Shown here piece by piece: positions 19,827 through 32,084 of a stretch of 64,000 bases of DNA (position 1 is the stretch's first letter; the number at the start of each line of letters is the position of its first letter). Made by a program: the position numbers and the translations under genes. The notes beneath the pieces were generated by a model. That model searched no databases. It was not told the origin of the DNA and saw nothing but the letters and a program-made list of their open reading frames with translations. This DNA is from Methanobacteriota archaeon (GTDB lineage Archaea; Thermoplasmatota; Poseidoniia; MGIII; CG-Epi1): positions 7,087 to 71,086 of the forward strand of contig JAAZXG010000003.1 in the NCBI GenBank assembly GCA_014240255.1, written 5' to 3'.

Positions 19827-20458
19827 TGTCTTCACGGCTTGTACTCGCTCTGGATGAAACAGATCCAGCTCGAGCTTTAGAGATTGCTAAGATAGTTTCC
19901 CCCTTTGTTGCTAAAATAAAGATTAATTATCCTTTAGTTTTATCTGCAGGATTAGGTATTGTTACTGAAATATCTAAGTTTTGTCCAGTAATTTGTGATT
20001 TTAAAGTTGCAGATATTCCTAATACAAACAGACTTATTTCAGAAGCAGTCTTTGATGCTGGAGCTTCAGGAATTATAGCACATGCTTTTCCAGGTCCGGA
20101 GTCTCTTAAGGCGATTAAAGAAGTAGCAGATTCTAAAGAAATTTATGTAGTAATAACTATGTCTCATCCTAAAGGTGGCGATTTTTTTGATATTGAAAGA
20201 TTTTGTGCTTTAGCTTTAGAAATAGGAGTTACTGGTGTAATTGCTCCAGCTACAAGACCTGAAGATGTAACTAAAATAAGAGATTTAGTAGGTAATTTAA
20301 AGATAATATCTCCAGGAGTAGGCGCTCAAGGAGGTAGTTCTCGTGAAACGCTCAAAGCTGGAGCAGATTACATAATTGTTGGAAGAGGAATTTATCTCTC
20401 AGATGATCCGGCAGCCGCAGCAGAAAAATATTCTCGTGAATTTTCAATAAATGATTAG
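19826..20458 (+). CDS. pyrF: orotidine 5'-phosphate decarboxylase
   Basis: LVLALD, DFKVADIPNT, SPGVGAQGG, IIVGRGI. Confidence 0.97.
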   Translation: MSSRLVLALDETDPARALEIAKIVSPFVAKIKINYPLVLSAGLGIVTEISKFCPVICDFKVADIPNTNRLISEAVFDAGASGIIAHAFPGPESLKAIKEVADSKEIYVVITMSHPKGGDFFDIERFCALALEIGVTGVIAPATRPEDVTKIRDLVGNLKIISPGVGAQGGSSRETLKAGADYIIVGRGIYLSDDPAAAAEKYSREFSIND

Positions 20459-21074
20459 GCTCAATTCGTTCTTTAAATCATTTGGTTCTAGAAAAATTTT
20501 AAGAGGTATTGATTTAGAAATAAATTCAGGTGAAATAGTAACATTAATTGGCAATAATGGAAGCGGTAAAACTACGTTACTCCGTTCTATCAATACTTTA
20601 GATTTTCCAGATAGTTATATCTTAGCTGAAGTAGATGGTTTTGATTTAGAGAAATATCCAGAAGAAGTTCGTTCACGTATAGGTTATTTGGCTCACAATC
20701 CACCCTTTTATCCGGAATTGTCTGGAGCTGAAAATCTGAAGTTATGGCTTGAATTGAACTCAATAGATGATGCAGAGGCAAGAGCTCGTGACTTTTTAGG
20801 TCAAGTTGGTTTAGTTTCTTTTAGTGATGATTTATCTGGTAACTATTCAAGAGGTATGATTCAGAGATTAGGTTTTGCTATGGCTCTTTCTCATTCACCA
20901 ACTACGTTACTTTTAGACGAACCATTTACAGGTCTTGACACGGAAGGTACTGAAATTATCTCTAATTTATTGAAGAAGGCTAAAGATAATGATTGTAGTA
21001 TTTTACTTGTTACTCATGATAAAGTCACCTATGCGGACAGATTAGTAGAGTTAGTTAGAGGTGAAATCAAATGA
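20451..21074 (+). CDS. ccmA: heme exporter ABC ATPase, CcmA-like
   Basis: GNNGSGKTT, YSRGMIQR signature, LLLDEPFTGLD; adjacent to a CcmB-like gene. Confidence 0.78.
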   Translation: MIRLNSFFKSFGSRKILRGIDLEINSGEIVTLIGNNGSGKTTLLRSINTLDFPDSYILAEVDGFDLEKYPEEVRSRIGYLAHNPPFYPELSGAENLKLWLELNSIDDAEARARDFLGQVGLVSFSDDLSGNYSRGMIQRLGFAMALSHSPTTLLLDEPFTGLDTEGTEIISNLLKKAKDNDCSILLVTHDKVTYADRLVELVRGEIK

Positions 21075-21721
21075 ATTCGATAATTGTTCTTATCAAAAAG
21101 GAATTGAAAATAGAGTTCAGATCATTACAAGGTATAGTTGCATCATGTATGCTTTCTTTTATGATTTTAATGTCCTTTAAATTTTCTATAGTTACTAATT
21201 CATTAATCACAGGTTCAGGAATTCTGTGGGCTTCTATTTTGTTAACCGGTTTGGGTTTGATTACACATATTTCCACACGAGAAGTAGAAAGAGGTACGTT
21301 AGATATTCTCAAATTGTCTTCAATATCACGATATCAATTATTTTTAGGAAGGATGTTTGGTTCTTTAGCACTTTTATGGGTTTTGAGTAGTGTAATTTTT
21401 GTTCTTTATGTTGTAATATTTGAAAATCAATTTGGTAATGACTTATTCTTAGCTTATTTGGTAGTTTTATTTGGTTGCATAGGTCTTTCTGCAGTTGGAA
21501 TCTTAGCTGCAAGTAGTGCCACACCATTGCATGGTGGTTGGATGATTACATCTCTTTTTGCTATACCTATTCTATTGTTTACAGTTATTGAAGCTGCAAT
21601 TAGGTGTACAGATTCTTTAATTACAGGCTCATCTAATTTTGAATTAGCATTTATGCTATTAGTTCTTTACAATGCAGTTTTCGTATTTGGTGGAGCTTGG
21701 TTGAGCGAGATTTCAGAATAA
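21071..21721 (+). CDS. ccmB: heme exporter permease, CcmB-like
   Basis: KELKIEFRS, GILW, REVERGTLDIL, 6 TM helices. Confidence 0.75.
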   Translation: MNSIIVLIKKELKIEFRSLQGIVASCMLSFMILMSFKFSIVTNSLITGSGILWASILLTGLGLITHISTREVERGTLDILKLSSISRYQLFLGRMFGSLALLWVLSSVIFVLYVVIFENQFGNDLFLAYLVVLFGCIGLSAVGILAASSATPLHGGWMITSLFAIPILLFTVIEAAIRCTDSLITGSSNFELAFMLLVLYNAVFVFGGAWLSEISE

Positions 21722-21988
21722 GTTCACACCTTCTTCTCTCAACAAGTTTATCTTCTGTTTAACACCACCAGATCCACTATAGCCTCCAATATCACCATTA
21801 GAACATATTACTCTGTGACAAGGTGTTTTGATTGGGTTTGGATTTGCTCCACAAGCATTTGCAACCGCTCTTGCAGCTTTAGAATGTCCAATATTTTCAG
21901 CAATTTGCCTATAAGTTATAACTTTTCCACAAGGTATTTTGTCTATTTCACTCCAGACTTTCCTTTGGAAAGTAGTTCCTTCACTCAT
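21713..21988 (-). CDS. ogt: O6-methylguanine-DNA methyltransferase (C-terminal domain only)
   Basis: [11 protein letters not shown], active-site PCHRV, LLREE. Confidence 0.92.
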   Translation of the reverse strand: MSEGTTFQRKVWSEIDKIPCGKVITYRQIAENIGHSKAARAVANACGANPNPIKTPCHRVICSNGDIGGYSGSGGVKQKINLLREEGVNLF

Positions 21989-22355
21989 TTTTTAATTTTA
22001 GTGAAGCTGAATTAATACAATATCTCAAACCAGTAGGTTGAGGGCCATCATCAAACAAATGTCCTAAGTGAGATTTACAGTTCGAGCAAACTACTTCAAC
22101 ACGTTTCATTCCATAGGATATATCTTCTTTTTCAGTAATAATTTCTTTAGTAGCTTCTTTGAAAAAACTAGGCCATCCAGTTCCCGAATCAAATTTGTGT
22201 TCAGATTCAAATAAAATTTCATCACAGCATGTACAATGATAATTTCCGTTATCATGACAATCCCAATATTCATTGTCAAATGGAGGTTCTGTAGCACTAC
22301 ATCTGCACACTTGGTATTGTTCTGGAGTTAGTTTATCCTTCCATTCATCTTCCAT
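21981..22355 (-). CDS. msrB: methionine-R-sulfoxide reductase
   Basis: [29 protein letters not shown]. Confidence 0.97.
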   Translation of the reverse strand: MEDEWKDKLTPEQYQVCRCSATEPPFDNEYWDCHDNGNYHCTCCDEILFESEHKFDSGTGWPSFFKEATKEIITEKEDISYGMKRVEVVCSNCKSHLGHLFDDGPQPTGLRYCINSASLKLKNE

Positions 22356-23542
22356 TATATGATTCCTGAGGATTTTCCGCCTTTCTCGAATGCATTCAGT
22401 GCATGATCTAAATCCTCTTTCTCTAATCCCGTACTCATCATAACTCTAATTCTAGATTTGTCAGGAGCAACCATTGGGAAAACAATTGGTAATGCAAAAA
22501 CATCCAATTTCAATAGTTCTGCACTCAATTCTTTAGCTTTATGAGATTCACCGCACATTACTGGAATAATCGGGGTTTCAGATACTCCTGTATCAAATCC
22601 CATAGTTTGGACTTCTTTTCTGAAATATTCAGTATTTGACCATAGTTTCTCGACATGTTCAGGTTCCGATTCCAAGACTTCAATTGAAGCTTTACAAGCA
22701 GCAATAGTGGCAGGAGGCGCAGAACCAGACAGCAACATTGTTCTTGATTTGTTGAAAGCATAATCAACCATGTGTTTTTCACCAGCAACAAGGCCACCTA
22801 CGACTCCAAATGCTTTGGAAAAAGATCCAGATTCCATATCAACTTCATCTTCAACTCCAAAATGGGCACCAATTCCTCTTCCACCAGCTAGTACACCTTC
22901 ACCATGACAATCATCAATGTATGTCATAGCTCCGTATTCTATCGCTAATTTTGTTATTTTATCCAAAGGAGCAATATCGCCATCCATAGAGAAGACACCA
23001 TCACTAATTACCAAAGTTTTTTCACTTTCCTTTGTGGCTTCTTTCAATCTATCTTCCAATTCTCCCATATCATTGTGGGCATAAATTGTTCGATTTTCTT
23101 TTTTTACACTAGATAATCTCACTCCATCAATAATTGACCCATGGTTAAGTTGATCTGAAATAATAGAATCATTTTTACCTACTAATTGTGGAATCAATCC
23201 TGAATTTACAGCAAATCCAGTTTGGTAATACAGTGCAGCTTCACGATTTTTGAATCTTGCAATGGTTTCTTCTAATTCATTGTGGATATCCATATTACCA
23301 GCAATAGGTCTAACACTTCCACTTCCGGCGCCATGAGATTTTACTGCATCAATGGCAGCTTGTTTGACTTTAGGATGGTTACTCATGCTGAGATAATTAT
23401 TTGCACAGAGCATGATTCTTTCTTTGTCATCGATAATAGTTTTACCAGTTGATGGTCCACTAATTACAGGAGGTTTCCAATCAAATCCTTTTTTGACTAA
23501 GTCTTCATATTCAGATTTCATCCAGTCAGTCGGCGTAGTCAT
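22355..23542 (-). CDS. kbl: 2-amino-3-ketobutyrate CoA ligase (glycine C-acetyltransferase)
   Basis: [39 protein letters not shown]; next to TDH. Confidence 0.9.
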   Translation of the reverse strand: MTTPTDWMKSEYEDLVKKGFDWKPPVISGPSTGKTIIDDKERIMLCANNYLSMSNHPKVKQAAIDAVKSHGAGSGSVRPIAGNMDIHNELEETIARFKNREAALYYQTGFAVNSGLIPQLVGKNDSIISDQLNHGSIIDGVRLSSVKKENRTIYAHNDMGELEDRLKEATKESEKTLVISDGVFSMDGDIAPLDKITKLAIEYGAMTYIDDCHGEGVLAGGRGIGAHFGVEDEVDMESGSFSKAFGVVGGLVAGEKHMVDYAFNKSRTMLLSGSAPPATIAACKASIEVLESEPEHVEKLWSNTEYFRKEVQTMGFDTGVSETPIIPVMCGESHKAKELSAELLKLDVFALPIVFPMVAPDKSRIRVMMSTGLEKEDLDHALNAFEKGGKSSGII

Positions 23543-24486
23543 TAATTCCTCAAATTTTTCAGCATATCCTTAGTCATACTAGTGAGATTAAAACTTGGTT
23601 TCCATCCCCATTCCTCTTTTGCAGCGTCATCATTTACAGAGATAGGCCATGAATTTGCAATCTCCTGGCGATAATCCGGTTTAAAGTTACATTCAAAATC
23701 AGGCATTATTTTCTGAATGGCTTCTACAAGTTCCAAAGCTGTAAAGCTCATTCCAGATAGATTATAATTCGAATGATGTTTTAGAGACTCTAATGGAGCT
23801 TCCATAAGTTCCAAAGTTGCTCTAATTGCATCAGGCATATACATCATTGGCAATTTAGTTTGTTCATTTACAAAACATTGATAGTTTTCATTTTTAGCAG
23901 CCTTAAAATAAATCTCGACTGCATAATCCGTGGTTCCTCCATTTGGTCTATTCTTCCAGCTAATTAATCCAGGATATCGTATTCCCCTAATATCAATATT
24001 ATATTTATTAAAATAATAATCACATAATAATTCTCCAGCTACTTTAGTTAAACCATAAACAGTAGTTGGATTCAATGCAACATCTTGAGGCGTATTTTCT
24101 TTTGGTATATCTGGTCCAAAAACGGCAATAGAGCTTGGACAGAATATCCGTTGTTCATATTCCCTAGCCACCTCTAGAACGTTTTGAAGTCCATTCATGT
24201 TAATATCAAAACAGAGTTTTGGATTTTTTTCCCCTGTAGCAGATAATATAGCTGCCAAATGGTACACTGTACCAATATTATTATCATTCACTATTTTTTT
24301 ATATTTATTAAAATCTAATATATTACATATCTTGAATGGGCCGTTCTTTGCCACTTCAGTTTCTCTTATATCTATGGCCATTACATTTTCAGTACCATAT
24401 TTTTCTCTAAGCGCAGCCGTTAATTCAATTCCAATTTGACCTGCGGCACCAGTTACTAGAATTTTTTTGGTATTATCAATAGACAC
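23542..24486 (-). CDS. tdh: L-threonine 3-dehydrogenase (SDR/epimerase type)
   Basis: GAAGQIG, HLAAILSATGE, YGLTK, GGTTDYAV, MMYMPDA. Confidence 0.92.
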   Translation of the reverse strand: MSIDNTKKILVTGAAGQIGIELTAALREKYGTENVMAIDIRETEVAKNGPFKICNILDFNKYKKIVNDNNIGTVYHLAAILSATGEKNPKLCFDINMNGLQNVLEVAREYEQRIFCPSSIAVFGPDIPKENTPQDVALNPTTVYGLTKVAGELLCDYYFNKYNIDIRGIRYPGLISWKNRPNGGTTDYAVEIYFKAAKNENYQCFVNEQTKLPMMYMPDAIRATLELMEAPLESLKHHSNYNLSGMSFTALELVEAIQKIMPDFECNFKPDYRQEIANSWPISVNDDAAKEEWGWKPSFNLTSMTKDMLKNLRN

Positions 24487-24557
24487 ATATGGGCACTGTT
24501 GGCATTATTTTATAATGATTCCCAAAGAGTCATTAAATGCTTGTTTCATGGGATTTT

Positions 24558-25232
24558 ATGAGAAATGATTCCCCAATCATAATTGTGAACCTAAAAGCAT
24601 ACGAGCAGGGTTATGGTGCAGACGGTTTTGACTTATGTAAAATAATGGAAGAAATATCTATTGAATATAATGTAAACTTAGCAGCCGCCGTTTCCGCTAT
24701 TGATTTAGTAGATTTTAGTGATAATCTAAAAATTCCTATATTCGCACAGCATGTTGATGGTGTAAACTATGGATCACATACTGGATCTATATTACCTGAA
24801 GCAGTTAGATATTCCGGGGCAGTTGGTACTTTGGTAAATCATGCTGAGTGCCAAATGAGTTGGGAAGAGATTGAAAAAACAATAAATCGCTGTAAGGAGC
24901 TTGGGTTATCGACAGTTCTTTGTACTGCAGATTTAGAATCTTCAGAAAAAGGAGCGCATTTTAATCCCGATATGATTGCAGTAGAACCTCCTGAATTGAT
25001 CGGAGGAGATATCTCAGTTTCAACAGCTAAACCTGAAATAATCTCAGATACTGTTGAAATAGTTAAGAAGATAAATTCAGATATCGCAGTACTTTGCGGT
25101 GCAGGAGTAAAGAACCAAGATGACATTTCTAAAGCAATATCTTTGGGTTCCCAAGGAATCTTGCTTGCATCGGGTGTTGTTAAATCATCGGAACCAAGGA
25201 AAGTTTTGTTAGATTTAATTAAAGGATTATAA
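24558..25232 (+). CDS. tpiA: triosephosphate isomerase (archaeal type)
   Basis: NLKAY, AQHVD, NHAE, AVEPPELIG, LLASGVVK. Confidence 0.96.
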   Translation: MRNDSPIIIVNLKAYEQGYGADGFDLCKIMEEISIEYNVNLAAAVSAIDLVDFSDNLKIPIFAQHVDGVNYGSHTGSILPEAVRYSGAVGTLVNHAECQMSWEEIEKTINRCKELGLSTVLCTADLESSEKGAHFNPDMIAVEPPELIGGDISVSTAKPEIISDTVEIVKKINSDIAVLCGAGVKNQDDISKAISLGSQGILLASGVVKSSEPRKVLLDLIKGL

Positions 25233-25332
25233 TCAATTTTATATAGGGGCTGGAGTAGACAACCTCAGGTTGGTTACTGCTTGTGAAATTTATCACTCGG
25301 AGGCTTGCCTAACTCAAATACGGAGTAAAAAA

Positions 25333-25599
25333 ATGTCGATTGGAATTGAACCTTTAGGAGAGATGGTTCTTATAGAACTAGAACAAGCTGCTGAAAAGAC
25401 AGCTAGCGGATTTATGCTACCAGAAGCTGCCAGAGAGAAAATGAATGTAGGTACTGTTGTTTCAGCAGGCCCAGATTCAGAAAATGTTAAGTCTGGAGAC
25501 AGAGTAGTATACAAGAAATATGCAGGAACAGAATTAACCTGGGAAGATAGAGATTATCTTTTGGTAAAATCAGAAGATCTTCAAGCAAAGGTCAAGTGA
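25333..25599 (+). CDS. groES: co-chaperonin GroES
   Basis: IEPLGEMVL, KTASG..LP, GDRVVYKKYAGTE; ATG 25333. Confidence 0.96.
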   Translation: MSIGIEPLGEMVLIELEQAAEKTASGFMLPEAAREKMNVGTVVSAGPDSENVKSGDRVVYKKYAGTELTWEDRDYLLVKSEDLQAKVK

Positions 25600-25604
25600 G
25601 GTAA

Positions 25605-27266
<1,662 letters not shown>

Positions 27267-27271
27267 GGATT

Positions 27272-27748
27272 TTATCCTTTCAAATCAATAAGTCTATTCA
27301 AAACAGCTTCGGCATGACCTTTAGCCTTTACATTAGGCCAAGCCTCAGAAATATTTCCGTCAGGATTAATCAGATATGTTGTCCTTACAACACCCATGTA
27401 TGTTTTACCATACATTGATTTTTCTTTCCAGACTCCATAATCAGAGAGCATAGTCTTTTCGGTATCGGCTAAAAGTTCAATTTTTAAGTCGTATTTATCA
27501 ATAAATTTACAGTGTTTAGCCTCATTATCAGGACTTACGCCAATTACAACGGCATTGTTATCCTGAAATTCAGAATATAATTCAGTAAATTCATTTGCTT
27601 CTATAGTACATCCTGGAGTATCGTCTCTTGGATAAAAATAAATGACAGTCCATTTTCCAGATAATTTTTCCAAATTAATAGGTTTTCCATCTTGGTTTGG
27701 GATTGTAAAATCAGGTGCTTTGTTTCCAACTTCTAATATATCACTCAT
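27272..27748 (-). CDS. bcp: peroxiredoxin BCP/PrxQ
   Basis: YFYPRDDTPGCTIEA; RTTYLI. Confidence 0.95.
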   Translation of the reverse strand: MSDILEVGNKAPDFTIPNQDGKPINLEKLSGKWTVIYFYPRDDTPGCTIEANEFTELYSEFQDNNAVVIGVSPDNEAKHCKFIDKYDLKIELLADTEKTMLSDYGVWKEKSMYGKTYMGVVRTTYLINPDGNISEAWPNVKAKGHAEAVLNRLIDLKG

Positions 27749-27779
27749 TGAGCTTCATCTGGAGCGCGATAAATAAATT

Positions 27780-29324
27780 TTACAGCGGTATGTTTCCGTG
27801 TTTGCGCTTAGGTTGTTCTTCTCTCTTATTTCCGTACCGTTCTAGAGCAACTAATAATTCTTTTCTTGTATCTCTTGGGAAAATTACTCTATCAATATAT
27901 CCCATTTCAGCAGCTATATACGGTGAGGCAAATTTTTCCTTGTATTCTTCAGTTAATTCTTTATGTCTTTTCTCAGGGTCCTCAGCTTCTTTAATTTCAT
28001 TTCTAAATATTATGTTCACAGCACCTTCTGAGCCCATTACTGCAATTTCTGCAGTTGGCCAAGCTACGTTTAGATCTGCTCGTATATGTTTTGAAGACAT
28101 AACATCATACGCACCACCATACGCTTTTCTTGTAATAACTGTTAATTTTGGAACAGAAGCTTCAGAAAAAGCATACAATAATTTTGCCCCATGCCTAATA
28201 ATTCCTCCGTGTTCTTGCTCAGTACCTGGAAGAAAACCAGGCACGTCTACAAAGGTTACTAAGGGAATGTTAAAAGCATCACAAAAGCGTACAAAACGAG
28301 CAGCTTTAGTTGACGCGTCGATATCCAAACAACCAGCTAATACCAAAGGCTGATTTGCAACTATTCCGACTGGATGCCCTCTTAATCTTGTAAAACCAGT
28401 AATGATATTCTTAGCCCAATGCGGTTGCAGTTCGAATAAATCATCATCAAAAACTAAATTGATAACATCACGCATATCATAGGGTTCATTAGAATTATCA
28501 GGGATAATTGAATCTAGTTCTTTGACTTCGTTATTTTCTTCTGTTGTATAATTCGTAATTGGAACTCCTTCAGCATTATTTTGAGGAATATAACTTATTA
28601 ATTCTCTTAATGCATCAAATGCATCTTCTTCAGATTCACATGCTAAGTGTGAAACTCCAGATAGCGAATTATGAGTCATAGCACCTCCTAATTCTTCAAA
28701 AGATACATTCTCGTGAGTAACGGTTTTGATAACGTCAGGACCAGTTATGAACATATGACTCGTATCTTTTACCATAATAGTAAAATCAGTCATTGCAGGA
28801 CTATAAACTGCACCACCTGCACAAGGTCCTAATATTAAAGAAAATTGAGGTATAACTCCTGAAGAAGTTACATTTCTGTAAAATATTTCTGCATATCCTC
28901 CCAAGCTAACTACACCTTCTTGGATACGGGCACCTCCTGAATCATTTAATCCAATAATAGGGCAACCTGTTTTCACAGCCATGTCCATAACTTTACAGAT
29001 TTTTTTAGCGTGAGCTTCTCCCAGAGCACCTCCAAAAACTGTAAAATCTTGAGCAAAAATATAGACAGTACGGCCGTTAATGGTTCCATGCCCAGTAATA
29101 ACTCCATCACCATCAGGCCTCTTTTTGTCTAACCCAAAATTAGTGTTTCTATGTTTTACCATAGCATCTAGTTCAACAAATGATTCAGAATCAAGTAATG
29201 CAATAACGCGTTCACGCGCAATCATTTTCCCAGCCTTGTGTTGTTTATCAATTCTTTTAGGGTCTCCACGAGAGAGATTACTGAGTTTTTTCTCAAGTTC
29301 ATCAATTTTCTCAGAGGTTCCCAT
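27780..29324 (-). CDS. pccB: acyl-CoA (propionyl-CoA) carboxylase carboxyltransferase subunit
   Basis: [45 protein letters not shown]. Confidence 0.94.
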   Translation of the reverse strand: MGTSEKIDELEKKLSNLSRGDPKRIDKQHKAGKMIARERVIALLDSESFVELDAMVKHRNTNFGLDKKRPDGDGVITGHGTINGRTVYIFAQDFTVFGGALGEAHAKKICKVMDMAVKTGCPIIGLNDSGGARIQEGVVSLGGYAEIFYRNVTSSGVIPQFSLILGPCAGGAVYSPAMTDFTIMVKDTSHMFITGPDVIKTVTHENVSFEELGGAMTHNSLSGVSHLACESEEDAFDALRELISYIPQNNAEGVPITNYTTEENNEVKELDSIIPDNSNEPYDMRDVINLVFDDDLFELQPHWAKNIITGFTRLRGHPVGIVANQPLVLAGCLDIDASTKAARFVRFCDAFNIPLVTFVDVPGFLPGTEQEHGGIIRHGAKLLYAFSEASVPKLTVITRKAYGGAYDVMSSKHIRADLNVAWPTAEIAVMGSEGAVNIIFRNEIKEAEDPEKRHKELTEEYKEKFASPYIAAEMGYIDRVIFPRDTRKELLVALERYGNKREEQPKRKHGNIPL

Positions 29325-29398
29325 TGAGCTCCTATCGCAGCAGTTCTATAACTTTGTCCCTGCCCAAAGCACTTAACTTCTACCTCCAATAACCTCAT

Positions 29399-30655
29399 GT
29401 GACTCAAGGCGTCCGTGGCACTCGTGATTTTTATCCAGAAGATATGAGATTACGTAATTGGTTATTTGATAACTTCACGTATGCAGCTCTTTTACATGGT
29501 TTTGAAGAATATGATGCTCCAGTTTTAGAACATGAAGATTTGTACACCCGAAAGCAAGGTGAAGAAATAACTCAACAATTATATAATTTTCAAGATAAGG
29601 GCGATCGAAAGGTTGCTTTACGACCTGAGATGACACCTTCATTAGCACGTATGGTTATGGCAAGAGCTGGTGGGTTGGCAATGCCAATTAAATGGTTTTC
29701 AATACCACAATGTTGGCGCTATGAGAGAACTCAAAAAGGTAGAGGAAGGGAACATTATCAATGGAATGTAGATATTTGGGGAACTACTGAAATAACAGCA
29801 GATGCAGAATTAATATCAGTTTTAGTTACATTCTTTGAAGGTGTTGGTTTAACAGCTGAAGATTTAGTAATTCGTATTAGTAATCGAAAAGTTCTTGAAG
29901 AAGTATTGGGATCCTTAGATATTAAAGGCGATAATTTTGCTAAAACATGTATTATTGTTGACAAGATGGATAAACTTTCTTCTAATTTAGTAGAGAAACA
30001 GTTATCAGATTTAGGTCATGATTCTAAGACAATAAGCACGATTCAATCATTTTTAGGCATTAAAAGCATGAAAGAACTCCAAAAAGCTCTCAATAATGAT
30101 AGTGTTGCAGTTTCTGAACTTAATTTTCTGTTTGATGCTATAGAATCTTATGGAATGTCTGAATGGGTTGAATTTGATGCATCTATAGTTCGAGGTCTTG
30201 CATATTATACAGGTTCAGTTTTTGAAGTTCATGATAGAGGAGATAAGTTTAGAGCGATTTGTGGTGGAGGTAGATACGACAAACTTCTTTCGACTTTAGG
30301 TGGTAAAGATTTACCTGCAACAGGTTTTGGTTTTGGCGATATGGTCATTATGGAATTACTTTCTGAAAAAGGATTAGTGCCTGAATTATTAAGTGGTGTT
30401 GAAGACATAGTAATCTCTTTAGATCCAGAGTTAAGAGATATTGCAGTTATGGTCGCAACCTCATTACGGGATTCTCAAAGAATGGTTGATTTAGTTCTCG
30501 AGGATAAGAAGATGAAATGGGCTTTCAAACATGCTGAACGTATTGGTGCTAAACGCTTAGTTCTTGTTGGTCCTGAGGAGTGGTCTCGTAAAATGGTTAA
30601 GATTAAAGATTTAGAAACAGGTGAAGAATCTGAAGTTTCTGTAAGTGATATCTAA
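29399..30655 (+). CDS. hisS: histidyl-tRNA synthetase
   Basis: RGTRDF, LRPEMTPS, WRYER..GR.REHYQ, RGLAYYTG, GGGRYD. Confidence 0.97.
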   Translation: MTQGVRGTRDFYPEDMRLRNWLFDNFTYAALLHGFEEYDAPVLEHEDLYTRKQGEEITQQLYNFQDKGDRKVALRPEMTPSLARMVMARAGGLAMPIKWFSIPQCWRYERTQKGRGREHYQWNVDIWGTTEITADAELISVLVTFFEGVGLTAEDLVIRISNRKVLEEVLGSLDIKGDNFAKTCIIVDKMDKLSSNLVEKQLSDLGHDSKTISTIQSFLGIKSMKELQKALNNDSVAVSELNFLFDAIESYGMSEWVEFDASIVRGLAYYTGSVFEVHDRGDKFRAICGGGRYDKLLSTLGGKDLPATGFGFGDMVIMELLSEKGLVPELLSGVEDIVISLDPELRDIAVMVATSLRDSQRMVDLVLEDKKMKWAFKHAERIGAKRLVLVGPEEWSRKMVKIKDLETGEESEVSVSDI

Positions 30656-31926
30656 ACTTCACATTCATTCAGAGGTTTATCTTCTCTTGTTCTTATAATA
30701 ATTGGAAACTCAAAACATAGTTGACCTTTATCATTTCTGCTTTGCCTACTTTGGTATTCTAGCTCTACAGCAAACCAATCTTTTTCTTGGAGATCCGTTT
30801 TTCTAAGTTCATATCCTTTTTTAATCAAATCAGCAGTTATAAGGTCCATATTTTCTTCGCCGAGCCTTCCACCTCCTGCCCATCCACAGTCAACTATGAC
30901 GGGATCATCAAAAAATGGGCTTTCCTCATATTGAGCTAATCTAAATCTCGCAAATCTGACTTCATGTTTACCCGATCCTGGACAAACTTTTGTAACAATA
31001 CAATCAGTAGTTTCAATAAATTTGAATTTATATGATCCTTTTCGCTTAGGTTTTCCATTCATAGTGAATGTAATTACATCTTCAGGTCTTCGGAGTATAA
31101 ATCCCTCCCATTCTTTTTTAGTAGCTTTATTTGCCATTTCCTCAGTAAAAATAGAAACTTCACGTTTTCCAAATATACTTGTTAACTCTAATCTTTCCGT
31201 GAATGGTAATTCAGTTACATCTTCTCCATTCCAAAATATAACATCAAAAACCTTGTAGTCAAATTGATACCCTTCATCAATTAGGAAGTTATATTTGGCT
31301 AATGCTTTTGCCTCAGTTGTAGTTTCTGTTGTTACAGCTTTGAGAACTTTGGGATCTTCTATCCCTTTTGAATCAATAGCAACTAATTCGCCAATAACTA
31401 AAGATTCATCAGGTAAAAGTTTTAGATTATCTTTAATTTGTGGAACTACTGATAAAATCCCAGTTATTGGTTTTATTCTTCGAGTATATCCTATTTGCTC
31501 ATTTCCAGTATTGTGTAGTAGAATACACGAACCATTATGTTTTCTTTCGGCTAACCAGTTACCGTCATACGGGTCATCTTTTTCTTTTAATTTACTGATT
31601 GGTTTAGAGGGTGCAAAAGCTTGAGTTAAAACTGAGCTAACAACTGCCGTTTCACCGATAACTGCATCTTTTCTGTTCTCGACGTATCCTTCTTCTTTTT
31701 TCTTTTTTACTTTTCTTTCAAATTCCAAAATAGCTTGTTCATTATCCGAAGTTTCATTAGATCGCCCTTTATTTTTCCCGGAGATTGTTTCATTTGTATT
31801 TTGCTTCTTACCGTCTTCTTCGTCTTTCGAAGTCCACCATTCAGTAAAAATTTGGTTATCATTTACTTCGATAACCATATGTTTTAGTCTGCCAGTCAGA
31901 TGTTTTTGGTATAATGTAACTTTCAT
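30652..31926 (-). CDS. ATP-dependent DNA ligase, virus/phage type with N-terminal GKNxGxxNET domain
   Basis: Motif I ERKHNG, III IGELV, IIIa YKVFDV, IV EGFILR, V KFK, VI FP...REDK. Confidence 0.85.
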   Translation of the reverse strand: MKVTLYQKHLTGRLKHMVIEVNDNQIFTEWWTSKDEEDGKKQNTNETISGKNKGRSNETSDNEQAILEFERKVKKKKEEGYVENRKDAVIGETAVVSSVLTQAFAPSKPISKLKEKDDPYDGNWLAERKHNGSCILLHNTGNEQIGYTRRIKPITGILSVVPQIKDNLKLLPDESLVIGELVAIDSKGIEDPKVLKAVTTETTTEAKALAKYNFLIDEGYQFDYKVFDVIFWNGEDVTELPFTERLELTSIFGKREVSIFTEEMANKATKKEWEGFILRRPEDVITFTMNGKPKRKGSYKFKFIETTDCIVTKVCPGSGKHEVRFARFRLAQYEESPFFDDPVIVDCGWAGGGRLGEENMDLITADLIKKGYELRKTDLQEKDWFAVELEYQSRQSRNDKGQLCFEFPIIIRTREDKPLNECEV

Positions 31927-31960
31927 TCTGATTACCTAAATAGTTAACCAATATAAAAAA

Positions 31961-32039
31961 TGGGGCGAGGCCCGGGAGTCGAACCCGGGACAAGGGATCC
32001 ACAATCCCCCAGTTTAACCAACACTAGCCTAGCCTCGCC
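31961..32039 (-). tRNA. tRNA-His(GTG), G-1 and CCA encoded
   Basis: Reverse complement G-GCGAGGC...GGGGA-TTGTGGA-TCCCT...GCCTCGC-C-CCA. Confidence 0.96.
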
Positions 32040-32084
32040 AATTCTTTAGCGATTGAAAGGGTATTAGATAAAATTACTTGATTC

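Noticed and set aside
25290..25316. CIRCE element upstream of groES
   Set aside because: TTATCACTC resembles the left arm, but the right arm GAGTGCTAA is absent at the 9-nt spacing.
30652..32039. Integrated provirus or genomic island at tRNA-His (or at any other tRNA)
   Set aside because: No integrase, no duplicated tRNA 3' end and no other viral genes seen; only a single gene is present.
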